The position numbers and the translations under genes were made by a program. A model generated the notes under the pieces. It worked only from the letters and a program-made list of their open reading frames with translations. It ran no database searches and was not told where the DNA came from. This document shows, one piece after another, positions 16,001-29,830 of a DNA stretch of 64,000 bases (its first letter is position 1; the number at the start of each line of letters is the position of its first letter). Origin of the DNA: Bugula neritina (Eukaryota > Animalia > Bryozoa); the NCBI GenBank assembly GCA_964035545.1, contig OZ037769.1, forward strand, positions 14,972,633-15,036,632. Reading direction: 5' to 3'.

Positions 16001-19000
16001 TTTATGCTCAACAATTTTTAGCTTCAATGGAAACTGTGGCATATTATCTATTTTTAGTAATTTTATGAAAGTTAACTGGTCAATCACTAACAAACCTAGC
16101 TGTGTATATAATTAAAAACATGTTTATACAAATCATATATAGTAGTTTTGGAATTCATTGTACCAGCATTATTTGTAAAACTGTTATATATTTGGTGTTG
16201 TGTATAGTGGTATTCAGTGTATAGGTATGTGACAGTATGTGGTTGCAGAGTTGTAATGGATTATTTTGTAGATTTATTAAGTACAACTATACTAAGAATA
16301 TAAATGTAGCACTGTGGAATGTAAAGACTAGATTCTTAGCAAGAAGTTCCGCCAATATTATGTATAGATGATGACTAACATGACAATAACAAAGGGGCAT
16401 ATATTACTCACATAGATCTACTATAATAATAATATCTATTAGTTTAGTTTGTATATGAACTCTAGTTGACCTTATGAAATAAACTATTAGTCACTGAAAG
16501 CTTCAAGGATCTAAACTAAGCAGTTCTTATAGATATAAAACTATCTTGCTAAAATATTTAGACTATTTTCAGTTTACTTTGAGGCCATTTTTGAATAATT
16601 GCAGCTATTATTTTGTATCTGAGGAAGTGCCAGCAATGTATTACCTAATCATCCTTTGTTAGCTCATGGCTTTCATTTTCTTTAAAACTTGAAGCAATCT
16701 GTTACACTTTCAGACGTTATATGCTATAATGAAACTTATATGAAAAGACATAGAATAGAATTTTACAGCATATAATATCTTCGAATGCCGAGTGTTTTAC
16801 CTGCACGTGGTGTTGTGTTCCCCTGCATGCAATAGAGAGGTTCTTTTTAATTTCTTTGAAAATGAGTTAGATGGCATTTTATGACTTTAAAATTAAAAAC
16901 ATTTCATCATTCCTGTTGGGATCAATATTCTCAATATTCCCCTTTTTTCCTGCATGTGATGCAGGTTTATGCCAATACAAGTTTTACCAGTTCCTGCAGT
17001 TTAACACTTTATTAAATTTTGCAGCTATTGAATTTAATTCACATATAACTGGGATAATAGTTTGTTATTATGGAGTGACTTTGAAGCATGAAAAATCAAC
17101 AACTGTGGTTTCATTTTATACTACAAATCATCTCCATAAAATATGGTTTTTCTATTAAAGACTTGACAATATCCACAGCAGGCTCTATGTGATAAATATA
17201 TAGCTCTTTAAATTTCATATTTATGATATTTCAATCATTTACATAAGCAGTTTATCAAAACAAAAAACTTCCTTATTTACTGCTTCAAATATAACTTTTA
17301 ATTGTCGTTGGCATTTACATCTCCTTGTGATTTCTTTGCTGCAGAAAAGAATATAGTAAAGGAGTTTGCTCATCTGAAATGGGGACTCTTTGATGAAGGT
17401 GTGTCTGTAACTGACGCTAAAACACCAGTGTACTACTCTGTTGATAGTACTTACAAACCAACAAGGTTAGATACATTTCGATGACATTTTAATTGGCTCA
17501 TTACGCAAAAGAGATGGTGCTATGATTTTCTAAAGAACATTTTTCTATGTATGTTTACTTGTTTTTCCACATAGTTTATAACCCAGATTAAAATATTAAT
17601 GGCAGTATTTTTTCTTTGAACAGCTGGAAAATAAGTTTTGTGCATTAATACTTTTTTATCATGCATTGGGTGTACATACATATAGTTGTCATATTGAATA
17701 CGCACGCACGCACGCACACACACACGCACGCACGCACACACACACACACAGACATACGCATGCACACACAGACACACACGCACACACACACAGACATATA
17801 TACACATATATACACACATATATATAAACACATAGATACACATATGTATACACACGTAGGTGCGGAAATCAAGCGTATTATGGAAAACGTATTAACACAA
17901 ACTCCGAGATCTACTGTGATGATTCAACCATAAAGACCAGCGAATACTGCCAGTTTGTGCCATCTTTAACTTTTGGCAATGTCTCTCTTTTGTATGCTCA
18001 TCAATTGTCAAAGGTAAGTTGCTGTATGTGAACTTTTTCATTGTATAACTGTTTGTTCATAATACTCGCACAAGTTTATAGCCCTGCGAGAAACCCCTGA
18101 TGGAAAGGCTTTTGGTTAGAATGGGCTATATGGATTGTTCTTTATAATGATCCTTTCGAATAACAAAGGTGATCAGTTTCAAGTTTTGACAGTTTTGCTG
18201 CAAGAGATCAAAATTTTTATACAAAGGTATGTATTATTGTTGTGGAATTGATTAATTAACAATATGAGTTTCTGCTGACAGAAAATTGGTTGATTTACAG
18301 GTAGAAAAATTCTGTTCTGAAGAAGATCATAACCGAGATGCGCCAAACCGCCAAAACAGACTTTGCCAAGAAAGAAGTGCTTGGGAAGTTATGACAAACT
18401 TACCAGATTTTGGTATGAATGTTCAAATTTATTTATTTTAGATAAGAGATCAATTTTGTGTTCTTCTAATCAAAGCAAGATATTAACTTTATGTGACCAT
18501 AGTTCAACTTCATTTTTGATAAAATATTCATTAATTGTTGTTCAATGTATGTGTTGTTGACTATAGTTGTCTATTGCATAGATAAGGGTTTCAACATGCG
18601 TAAACAGTTGGCAGCTCTAGTTTTATATCATTAAAAGGATTATATTATATATATATGCTGTTTTTTAATTTGACAGCAATTACATGAACAGCATTTTATA
18701 TATAGCAAGCAATGCCTCTACGGTCGTCTTAGTTTATAGTTTTGATCAAAACTCATACTTTGTTCATATCCTTAAATAATTATTGTATAAACTTTAAATG
18801 GCCAAGATATTTAAATGGTGCACTTTGTCAGCAATATAAATTCATACTAGTTCAGGAAACATTAGGAAAGAAGATAACTCTAAATAAAGATTGTTGTGAA
18901 ACCAAATTCATTTTAGCATCTCGACTCATTAAGTTGCAATTATATATATTCTTTTAGTTGGGCATTTTACCTACAGAAAATTGTTGAGTTAAATGTTTGA

Positions 19001-22000
19001 AACCTACTGAAATATTTTACACAATTGCACCTATATATGCGTTCTACATGCATATATATGCTATTGGAAGATTTATTCTGTGTAGTTGCTGCTATAATGA
19101 TACCTATATGAATTACAGCAGTTACTTTGACTATGAGTACATCATCTATGTAGCTGCCAATTAGGTCATAATTCCTATTGGTTACTATTATGCAATCAGC
19201 GGTTAAGTAATCATAACACCGAACTTTTGATGAGTGACTTTTACAATGCGAGGTAACTCAGTGAAATTTTAATTCGGCTAAATTGAATTTCTGACTGAAA
19301 ATCATGAAGGTCTAAACACAATTTTACTCTGTTCGCTGCTACAACACAATCTATAACTTAAAGCAGTTACTTTCACTTTAAATTTAATAATCTTATTTAT
19401 GTTTATATTGTATTTGTAGATACTGATTATTACTCAGTGCGCAATGCTGCTGAAATCATCACTTCATCTGGTCCCACATTCAACATCATTCAAGAACCTG
19501 GAGCGCTTGCAGATGAAGAAACGACGACTACGGAAACAACTACAGCGACAACTACGGAAACAACTACGACCGCCTATGTTCAAATCAATACGACATCTAC
19601 AACACAAAGTGAGGTAACCACACAGCTGGTGACAACAACAACTGAAGAGGTTGAGGAGGACACACCTGTTACCATAGTGTGTCCACAAGATGTTGTGTGC
19701 ATGGCTTTAGATGTCTCTGGAAGTATGAGTGTATGTAAATTTACAAGTTGTTTAAAGTCATCCTGTATATAAGCATTAATGTCAGCTGACATTAATGTTG
19801 ATTTGCATGATTTTTACTTTATGTTGGTTAAAGATACTTTTCAACATAAACGATTTTTATACATTATTTTGTAGGTTTGTGAATCAATAATAAATCACAT
19901 TGATTTTATTGGTAAATCGTGATCACCTCATTTTGTTTTATTTTAAATTATCATTTATATATTGTTCTTCCATTGATTAAATACTTTATAGAAATAAAGA
20001 TTAAGAGTCACATGCCGCTTTTTTTAGTATACCTAAGTTATATAGCTTCATTACCAAAATGCTAATTCATCAAACTGCATGTTAAGTGAATAATTAAATC
20101 GTTTTTACCAGGCTTTAATTATGAAATTATTGTATCCTAAATATATCAAAACTTTAATATTGCTTATAGCTTTCATTTCCATGCATTGTTAATTATGATA
20201 TTGACAAATTGAGACTGACAACAACTTTTAATCTACTGCAACCTTATAAATTGCTATTTTATATAATTACTTTGAAAAGAGTATTGTGATCACTGGTTAT
20301 AGAGTCAAAACAGAGTGAACAAGATGAGTGAAGCTGTCGCCACTTACATCCACGAGTACCTGAGAAATGGTACAGCGGCTGGTATTGTGTTGTTTAACAA
20401 TGCTGCAAGAACTCTAGCTAGTATGACAGTGATAACCAATGACCAAGTGAGGTCAAACTTAGCCTCAGTGTTACCGCAAACAGCAGGTGGTGGAACTTCC
20501 ATAACAAGTGGACTAAACACTTGTATACAGGTTTGTTCGGACTAATATGATGTGAAGTTGTAACAGCAGTGTTCTTAATATGAGTCTGAGACGTGACCAA
20601 AACAAAGTTTTAAAGTTTTATTTTCTTTATTTGAACACAAAAGAAAATCTTGTAAAATTATGCAGTTTCTTAACATTCTGTTATAAATACTTTATTCCTA
20701 TTACACATGCTACCAATTCCTTCTATCATTTTCTAACCGCCTGGCTAATTATATTGTTTTTATCTATTGACAAAATGATCACAAAAGATAAAATTTTATT
20801 TGCATCATATATTGCATTGGCCATGCAAATTTGTTCACCATATCAAAATGTGACTAGGAATTGAAGCTTATATATAAACACACTAAAAAGTCACTGAACA
20901 TAATTGGCTGCTAACGAATATTCATTTGCTTCTGCAATGTTTCAGATGGTTCAATTTTATTCTGGAAGCTCTATAAGTAAAAAACGCATTTTACTCCTGA
21001 GTGATGGGCAAGATGGCTCTGCAAAAGACATTCTCCCAGAGTTGCCTAATTTAAACATCACTATTGATACAATTATATATGGGTAAAATATAGTTTTATT
21101 ATTGCAATTACAAAGCATCTAACAATGCAGTGTAATTTTATGGAATGGTATATAAAATGAATACATAGATTCAAACCATCTTTTGTCTTTTAGACAAAAT
21201 ACAGATCTAGCTGTACCTAAGATTGCTGAGGAATCAGGAGGGGAATCTTACTTTGTTGATGATGCCGACTCCGAGATCAATTTACAGCAGGCTATGGTTG
21301 ACACTTCAACTCAGGGATGCTTTACAAAAGCAATTGTTTCTGTAAGCCAACTCGTGTATCTTTAAACAATTATAATCTGTAAAGAAATTTGCCTCCATTG
21401 AGAATCAAACCCGAGACCTCTATAGCAGGCGATAGCAGGCGCTATAATCATCAATTGCTTTGAAATATTTACTTGAAACCCCAAATAACATGTGTCTGAA
21501 CTTATTTTATCATTAATTAGTTATTGGAATTATAAAAATTGAGCCAACAAATATTTTTAAAGCTGACTAACAATATCTTACAAATTTCTAAAATGACATG
21601 ATAGAAAAAAATTTGCTTCAGCTACACCAACTTAAGTTTATGATGCTCATTGTTTAGATTGCTAGTGAGAAAAAGACGTTATCTTCTACTGATACCTCAC
21701 TCAATGAAAAAGTTTCCTTCGATTCAACAATTGGTCAAAACACAACATTAGTTTTCTCTTACTCTGGAACTACTGACATTGACGTGAATGTTACCTCAGC
21801 TAAGGGAAACAACATCACTATAACCAAAGACTTGGCTGCTAAAGTAGTGAAAGCTACAGTGGAGGGGCAAGCTGTAAGACTTCTAATATTTCAATTTACT
21901 AACTGCGATATTCATTTTGTATTCAGGCACCATCAGTATCTCAATAAAAAACTCAAACTGTTTCAATTTTACAATTAATACATATTACTGTTAGCTTGCT

Positions 22001-25000
22001 ATAACTATAACAAATTGGAATATTATAAATTTTTTATTGCAAAATGATATGTTTTTGATACAATGGCTGACCAAAACTTTTGACAGCAATTGCGCTAAAT
22101 TTTCACAAATTCTTTCTCATAAATTTAGCTTATCGTAAAATGCAAAAATTGCAAAAGTTCACTGTACACCAAACACTATGAATTGATATTAATCAGCCAC
22201 CTCAAGTTTTGTAGCAGTGCAGGAAAGCCAAATGCAGTAAACAATATGACGTCTTGATTGAAGCAACTAATTTGCCCTTTCATGATTTGTAGAACGATGA
22301 TGATATTGAATACACCATCACCAAAGCTAATCCAAATGATGTGGTAGATATTGTAGTTTCTGTTACATCTAAACCCATCCCAGACGTTGATCCAATTGAG
22401 ATCAACACCAGACTTAACAGCCTTGATATAAGCTTTGACGAAGAATCATCTGTAAGTTTGCTTTCTTGAAAAGAAGCATTGTTTTTTATTTATAAGGTTT
22501 ATCCTCTGTACAGTAAAATCAAATAGACACTTGAAATACTTATTTACATGGCGTATGCATGGCAGTCATAGTAATAGGGTGACAGCTGTTTAAGATATTT
22601 AATTTTAGCTACCACCTTTTGCAATATTAATGATATTACATACTAATCAAGAAAATATAACATGTTGCAAATCCTTAATAACCAATAATACAATCATATG
22701 TTATTATCATAATTTGTAAACCATAATTTTTTTATTTATCCCTTCAACTATTCAAATATATTTTAGCTTGTCCTCTACACAGATATATTTCAAGGTCTCA
22801 CACCTGTCTTAAACCTTACTGTGTACAACATCATCAAAACATCTACTGGCGATGAGCTTGAGCTAAAAGCTTTAGATGACGGCACAGGTTAAATTATTAT
22901 ATAATATCACTTTTTTTGTTAATTTTGTTGTTGTAAAAACCTGACCTGTAGTACATTTTGGAGTTGCAAATAAATTACCTGTCTGAATGCTATACATGGC
23001 CAACATGGGATTATTAATTGAAAATTGTTGCATCTTTTACAACAACAAAATACAATCAATAGAAAAAAAATGTTCTACACTTTTTCTAAATTAGCCAAAA
23101 CACTCATAGAAAGTTATCTAACAAATTGCAGCAAAATTAGAAATTAAAAAAACTTACTTTAAATTGAAGTGCATCAGCAAACAGCTATAAGCCGCCACAG
23201 TTTGAGTAAAGAAAAACTATTAGATGAAAAAAATAATTATTTTGTTAGAGTAATTTTTGTTGGGAATCCAAACAATTTAGCTTTGGTAATTCAAAAAGAT
23301 GAACCTGTTACTTATGCTGTATTGCAATTATATAAATTATTCAATTTCCGTAGTATTTTCACCCTGCCCTGCAGCTATAACAATTAAAGCAAAAGCAGAA
23401 ATTTGAGAACATAGTTATCTACTTTATAAATTTGTAAGTGACGATCAACACATGCAGTTAAACTATTTCTTTCATTTTTTTAGGAAAGGATTCAACCCCA
23501 GATGATGGTATTTATACAGCTGTACTATTACCTCACCAGTTTGCAGGCGATGGGTATTACAGCATACAGGTATATTAATGAAAATACTCCTGAAGTGAAC
23601 TAGTCTGATAGATAACAATGTGTACTGTTTCCTTTCAATTTTTTACTTTAATATAAGTACACTCCAATTAACATATTATGCTCTAATTGCTACTTATATC
23701 AAAAACATTATAATTGTGAGATTTTATAAAGCTAATTGAGTAAATAATATCATCATTAGTTATAATAATAATTCTTTTGAACTGTATAGATGTGTCTATT
23801 TAAACCAGCTAATAGTATATCTCACTGCAAATGCAATAGGTACACATTCCATTTGTTGTTATTATTTGTGTCTGTAATTATTTAAGGTTGAGATTGATGG
23901 TGAAAGCGTGCTACCTGGTTCTCCCACCAATCGGGTCAAAAGATGCGTAGATTGCGCTCCAAGTAGTCTTGGTACAGTGCAGAGAACCAAATCTGGTAAA
24001 TGTTTTCTGTTTGCTTTTAAAAAAGCAATATTTTCTTGAAAAATTATATTAGATCATCACCTTCTATTCTTAAAAAATCTTTAAAACTTTTTGAATGCAT
24101 TAATTTGTATTAAACTAAAACATGAAAAGAAGATATTTAAGCTTTTGTTTTGTTTAGGCTATCTGCGCTGCCCTCTGAATTTCTTGTTTTTCGATTGATA
24201 ACTTTAGCCTAATAAGTAAATAAACTTAAATATATAAGTAAAATATAGAAAACCAATGCATTTCTTTAATTGGCATAATTATGTTGAAAGTGACACTGCA
24301 TGCTGTTACAAAATTGGGCAATATGTTATACATAGATAAATGTCTATTAGTTTTTATTGCACTTTATGCAATTTCAAACGATGTTTAAATATGCATGTCT
24401 TATAAGCCTTTAATAAATATTTTAAATGTGACTTGGCGACAAAAATATTTGAAAAATATATTTTGATAATCCGATGATCCATCATTCATGCAATCAAGTT
24501 TAAGCAAAATTATTGATTGCTATTTTTGGTTTACATCAATGCAGTGATTTGAAAAAGTCATAAAAAATAAACTAAATAAATTCAGTTTTTAAAAAAACAA
24601 TATTATTTGAAATGTGCTAAAATTGCTATTTTAATGCTAATACAGGAGGAGTGATTACCGTAGCAAACTATAGGGTTGTTCCTGACACGACCCCTCCTGA
24701 GAGAATCAAAGATCTGGTAGTTGACTCAGGAAACACAACAAACAACACAACTATATTCACTCTCTCTTGGACAGCTCCTGGAAATGATCTAAATGTTGGA
24801 AGAGGTGAGGTCTTGGATACAGTCCCAGTTGTTTTATTCTATGTATATGTTCTATGTTTGCTTTCTTTGAAATAGATAATTTAAAAATTCAAGTCTAATT
24901 ATAACAGTGGTTTCTTCAATTATTATCAAATTTTAGTCATCTTTAAGTTGTATTATTTGCAATATTTTTACTGTACATAAAAACTGCTAAAAATTATTCC

Positions 25001-27641
25001 AGATATATCAGGTATACATTAACAAATGATTTATTTACTATTCAGGTATATAACTATTTGCATTTAAGTAAACTCTTATAAACTAATCCTATAAAACTGT
25101 GTAAACAGTTTTTACACCTCTCTGTCAATTTTATATTGCTATACCAAAAATTTTTTGCAATTTTATAAACTTTAGACAATACAGTTTTCTTCAATTCTTG
25201 TGCAGAGTGTTACAAATAAGATTTGAGTTTTTGCTTTTCAGGCTAAAGCCACTTGACCGCTAGGCGCAATAATATATTTACACTTTTCAATATTGACACT
25301 GTACACTTTCTGCTAACACTATAATGTTACTTATATCATATTTTATTTTCTCTCAGCGGCGGCCTACACCTTCTTTGTATCCAATGACTCATCACTAAAC
25401 AATCTACAACTGTTACCCAACAATCACAAGAGTATCATAACTAATGTCAGCAGTCTTTTAGTTGATGCCGGTACAAATCTGGAACTCAAAGTAGATTTTG
25501 GTGAGTCTATGTAGAAGTTAGATATCTCTTTAGTATCTAAGAATGAATTTGAAGATGATAAATGTCTGTGTGTTTTAATTTATTTTAAGAAATCATGTCA
25601 ATAAAACTTTTGGTATTATATTGTAATTTGATGTGATAAAATATTACAAACATATAAAATTATATAATAATAGATTAGTATATATAATATAGTATAAATA
25701 TTAGAGTATTATAATATAATGAAATTCAACATGATTTAATATAATACAATATTATAACCTCATAATATAATATAATTAAATACAATATAATTACTCACAA
25801 ACAACGTGTGGTTTAAGAACTCCAGTCTTAAATATTATACTTGATATAAGTTTTATATATTTGTTATATATACACTTCACATTAAGTAATTTTTTATTAT
25901 AATTGGTTTTTTTTCTTTTTTTAGAGCAATTAGAGTTTGGTGATGGATCTAATGTGACCCTTAACACCTATTATATAAGGATGATAGCAGAAGATGACAA
26001 AGGAAATCAAGCAGAGCCTTCTAATCCAGTAGCACTGACCATAGCTGACCCACAGACCATCAATTTGTGGGTGAGTTTCCTGTTCGCTTTCTTCTGGTGG
26101 AAATATTTTAAAATGTTAAATTAAACGAGCCTAAAGTTTATTGCAATGAAATCAGTATTTAATATAAAGTTTATGGATCGATTTCGCTAGGATTCAAATG
26201 CCTAGTAATACTGACAGTTTTGAAGAAGCAAAATAAAATTTGACAAACATAAATATACTATGAATTTGTAAACTTATAGCCTTATTTGATATGACTCATA
26301 TTTACAATATGCATTTGTTTAATACGATACATGCACACACACACACACACTCATTCACACACACACTCACACACGCAAACACACGCACGCATGCACTCAC
26401 GGGTACACACAATAAATGAATGTATATATGCAAAACAGAAACATAATATATGCCAAGTGAATATTTTAAATGAATATGCAGATGTAGTATTAAAATATAA
26501 TTTGTATAGTTATACTGACATATCTGTTGTTATATTTCAATATCAGTGTTTATATATTACTTCTTTAATGTGAATGCTATTGTTCTGTTAGCTACCTACC
26601 ACTACCACCAGCACAACTACCAGCACCACTGAGGCCACCACTACCACCGCCAGTGCCACTACCACCACTTCTTCAATAGACCAGCTGGATACCACTCCAG
26701 CAGATATCTCAGATGTGAAAACAGCGGTTAGTGACTCTCATGTGTATAAGAACACAGCACCATAGCACCATAGCACCTACACTTCTTTTAAAAATTATTG
26801 GACCCTTCCACATGTTCCCAGAATTTGAAAAGTATTTGTCCAAAAAGCTAGTTTGATGATTTTGCGATTGAAGTTTGTGCTAATCAATGGAATTGTAGTT
26901 GAATTTGAATGGCACTGTCCCCATGCATACAAACTTCGTTTCTATAATGATATAGTTTAAATTCGAGCCATGGCGTGTGTTATTAACTTTATAGTAATAC
27001 AAGATCTTGTATATTGCCAAGCAGTCTAATTAAGTCCATGTGGCTATTACAGTTGCGGTTCTCATAACATATATAAATATCTTTATTCAAACTCAATTTA
27101 GTCTTCTCATCTATTGGCAATATTATGTAACTATTTTTAGCCAATTTCTCAACAGATGCTTCTCATCCTGGGACTGGGAATATCAGGAGGAGTTGTCTGC
27201 CTGCTTCTTATTGCTGTGTTTATTATCCTGATAGTGAAACGCAAGAATGGAAAAACGTAAGTATATTTTTTTCAAAAATATAATTACAATATTCTAAAAC
27301 ATGCATGCGTCTGTATATACAGTATGTTATATTAAAATTAGTAAATCTGGCTATTATGTTACATATTGTAAGCTATTTTAGTAAGAAATAATATAGCACA
27401 TGGATATACATAGAGAAAGAAAATATCAATTGTGATGAATGAGACTTTTATGCAATAAGTATAATCGAATGTAAAGTGCAACCTGATTATACTCGTTCAC
27501 TATAAGAAACCTTTCAGTTATGTCCTAAAAACATGTATTTTTCATATAAATGTTATTTTATTTTTTAGGAAGTACTCAATAGTGTTTAAAGGAGAGAAAA
27601 CTGACCAAACTGAAAACGTCAATATTATTGTCTTGAATTAG
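13084..27641 (+). CDS. CLCA: CLCA-family (calcium-activated chloride channel regulator-like) type I membrane protein, copy 1, ~1045 aa, 21 exons: 13084-13269, 14409-14525, 15460-15634, 17345-17465, 17860-18013, 18301-18412, 19420-19730, 20303-20530, 20946-21082, 21194-21341, 21658-21873, 22293-22451, 22767-22887, 23484-23569, 23887-23995, 24646-24804, 25357-25500, 25925-26070, 26592-26726, 27156-27256, 27569-27641
   Basis: Signal peptide; CLCA-N motifs (GGYENLLIAIS, PYTLQPGLCGIEGDYIHLTP, EFAHLKWGLFDE, HNRDAPNRQNRLC); VWA MIDAS (LDVSGSM, GGGTSI, LLSDG); DDGTGKD...DDGIYT; FN3 (PPERIKDL...LSWTAPGND); Thr-rich stalk, TM helix and short tail. All phases consistent, no stops. Confidence 0.93.
14115..14291 (+). 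mobile_element. tRNA-derived SINE copy (CLCA copy 1 intron 1, internally deleted)
   Basis: GCAGCCGTGGTCTA...GGTTTGAGCCC...GCATCCAGTCA; at the same intron position as the 31679 copy. Confidence 0.7.
17697..17857. repeat. Compound (CA)/(CGCA)/(TA) microsatellite abutting the exon 5 acceptor
   Basis: Seen directly; paralogous tract at 35655-35755. Confidence 0.9.
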
Positions 27642-29349
27642 ATCATCACAGCATGCTATAAGTGACACTTAGGTATTTAATAAGTGATACTTGGGTACTT
27701 ATAGTAAGTTTTTTTGCAAAATTGCTTTGAATTTGTTTGAAACTTGGTTTCAAAATTCTATTTAATGTTTTTTTTATCGCAATAATCTTTTTCTTTCAGT
27801 TAGGTGCCTCTAATGATATAATGCAGCTTTGGCTATATTATTTAATGTACTTGTGATTGTATTATATGTAAAATTTGCAAGACATGAACTCTCACGACAA
27901 TGTTGGGTTTTTCTACAGTGATCACAAAGGTGGAATAACATGAAAACCTCCAGCTGCTCAAAATAAATTAACCAAATTTTATTAGCCACCTGCCACAATG
28001 AGCTCCAGTTTGCTTGTTGTAGTATCTAAACGAGTTTATTGTTAAATTATGTTTATATATAACGATCACTTTGGCAAAAAAGTTTTTCAAAATCTGCTCA
28101 TTAGTACCATATACATAATCTGAAATTTTATAATCAAGCTCGTGATCTTAATTTTATGTATTTGCATACACTGTATATAATCAAAGGTATTTTTTGCATT
28201 GACCTTCACATATATTTGCCTTGACATTGGTTATATCATTCTGCGATGAATTATTAAGATTTTATTTTAAATCTAGAGCATATAAATGGTATCATGATAG
28301 CCTGAATAATATTACCTATGTTTGTTGCTATAACTCTGCGCATGATCACAGTAATCATATTTATTGAAATAATATTTGCTCGCAACTTTTATCAACTACA
28401 AGTATAATAATATACTGCAGTTTTTAGTTTCTTCTGTTGAACAATAAAATATATCTCATGGTAATCGTAGAAAATGCTAATTAACTCAGTCATAGCGAGT
28501 GTAATAAGTAAAAGTTTCAGGGCAGCTATACCCTGTCTGTTAAGTGTTAATATACCAATACATAGATGTGTTCGAGAATAATTTGATCTATATGTTTACT
28601 GAACAAGATTTTTGACGATTGCACCCAGTTGTAACATCACCTTCAACATTTAGCAGACATGAAATGTTTTTTGAGGCATGGAATTATCTAATTGTATCAC
28701 TCTTTGTATTATAAAAACCTACGGGTTTGCAAAAAGTCAAGTTTGAATTGAATGTAAATACACAATAAAGTTTTCAATAAATATTGGAGAAGAGGCAGAG
28801 CTTTTCAATGAAATATTAGAATAATTTGTTAAGAAAATTTAATAGAAGCTATACATCTGTGCGTGTCAAGAGCGCAAGTTTCTATTATTTGTCTCCCCTT
28901 GTGTGTGCAAAGTTGAAAATTTAATAAGCCGCTGCATTTGTTAAAATCACAAAAGGCATAGATGGTTTCATAGCCATGGCTAAGTGATGCCGTGGCATGC
29001 TACCCATTAAGGGCTGCTTGGAAATCCCAACACAACAGTTGTGTATATATTATGATCATTTGAGCAGCAAAGAATTAACTTCATGAATAAGCAAAAAAAG
29101 TATCTTTTATTATTTAAAAAGTCTTACTGAGTTTATGAAAACAATTATTAGTAAATTTTTCAGTTGTGATTATAATAACTTAGTTTATATATTCTTTACT
29201 AAAAATTAAAAATAATTGTAACATTTAATAATCATTCGGTTAGAGTGATAATGACTAGTGTTAAGTAATTCTGCAGAACTAGCAATATATTTGAAAAGAA
29301 AAGCTTTCCTAATCAATTTGCAACTTCATCTGCCTTTCAAATGTTGTTC

Positions 29350-29830
29350 TCACTGAATCCACACGCTCTTTACAATCGGTAAGATCACCAAGGCACTGAC
29401 AACTCCACAACATCCTAGAAAAATGATCCAATATCTTTCACCAGCAGTCTGAGCAATGTATGCAATATAAAAATATGTATATACATACATATACATATAC
29501 ACATACATACAGACGTGCGTGTGTGTGCGCGTGTGTGCGTGTGCGCGTGTGTGCGTGTGCGCGTGTGTGCGTGTGCGCGTGTGTGCGTGTGCGCGTGTGC
29601 GCGTGTGCGCGTGTGCGCGTGTGTGTGTGTGTGTTCTATATGGATATATACAAAACAATTCTTACCACCCAGAGGAACAAGCAGGTTTTCGCCCACTCCT
29701 TTCAAAAAACATGTCAACCCAAAAAGTACAGGAAACTGCTTCTTTTTACACAGGTCACCCGCAAACCCCACGTGACTAGCTGTAGCAACACCACTTGTCA
29801 GTCCAAAGTAGCATTAGGATGTAGTACATC
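29350..29830 (-). pseudogene. SLC16-like relic: last two exons only
   Basis: Close to 54299-54898, but with a 2-nt deletion (TTTGG|ACTG vs TTTGGGGACTG), last-exon acceptor AG>TG, and no upstream exons before the duplication junction at ~29950. Confidence 0.85.
29478..29632. repeat. (TACA)/(GT/GC) compound microsatellite
   Basis: Seen directly; equivalent intron tract at 54494-54699. Confidence 0.9.
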
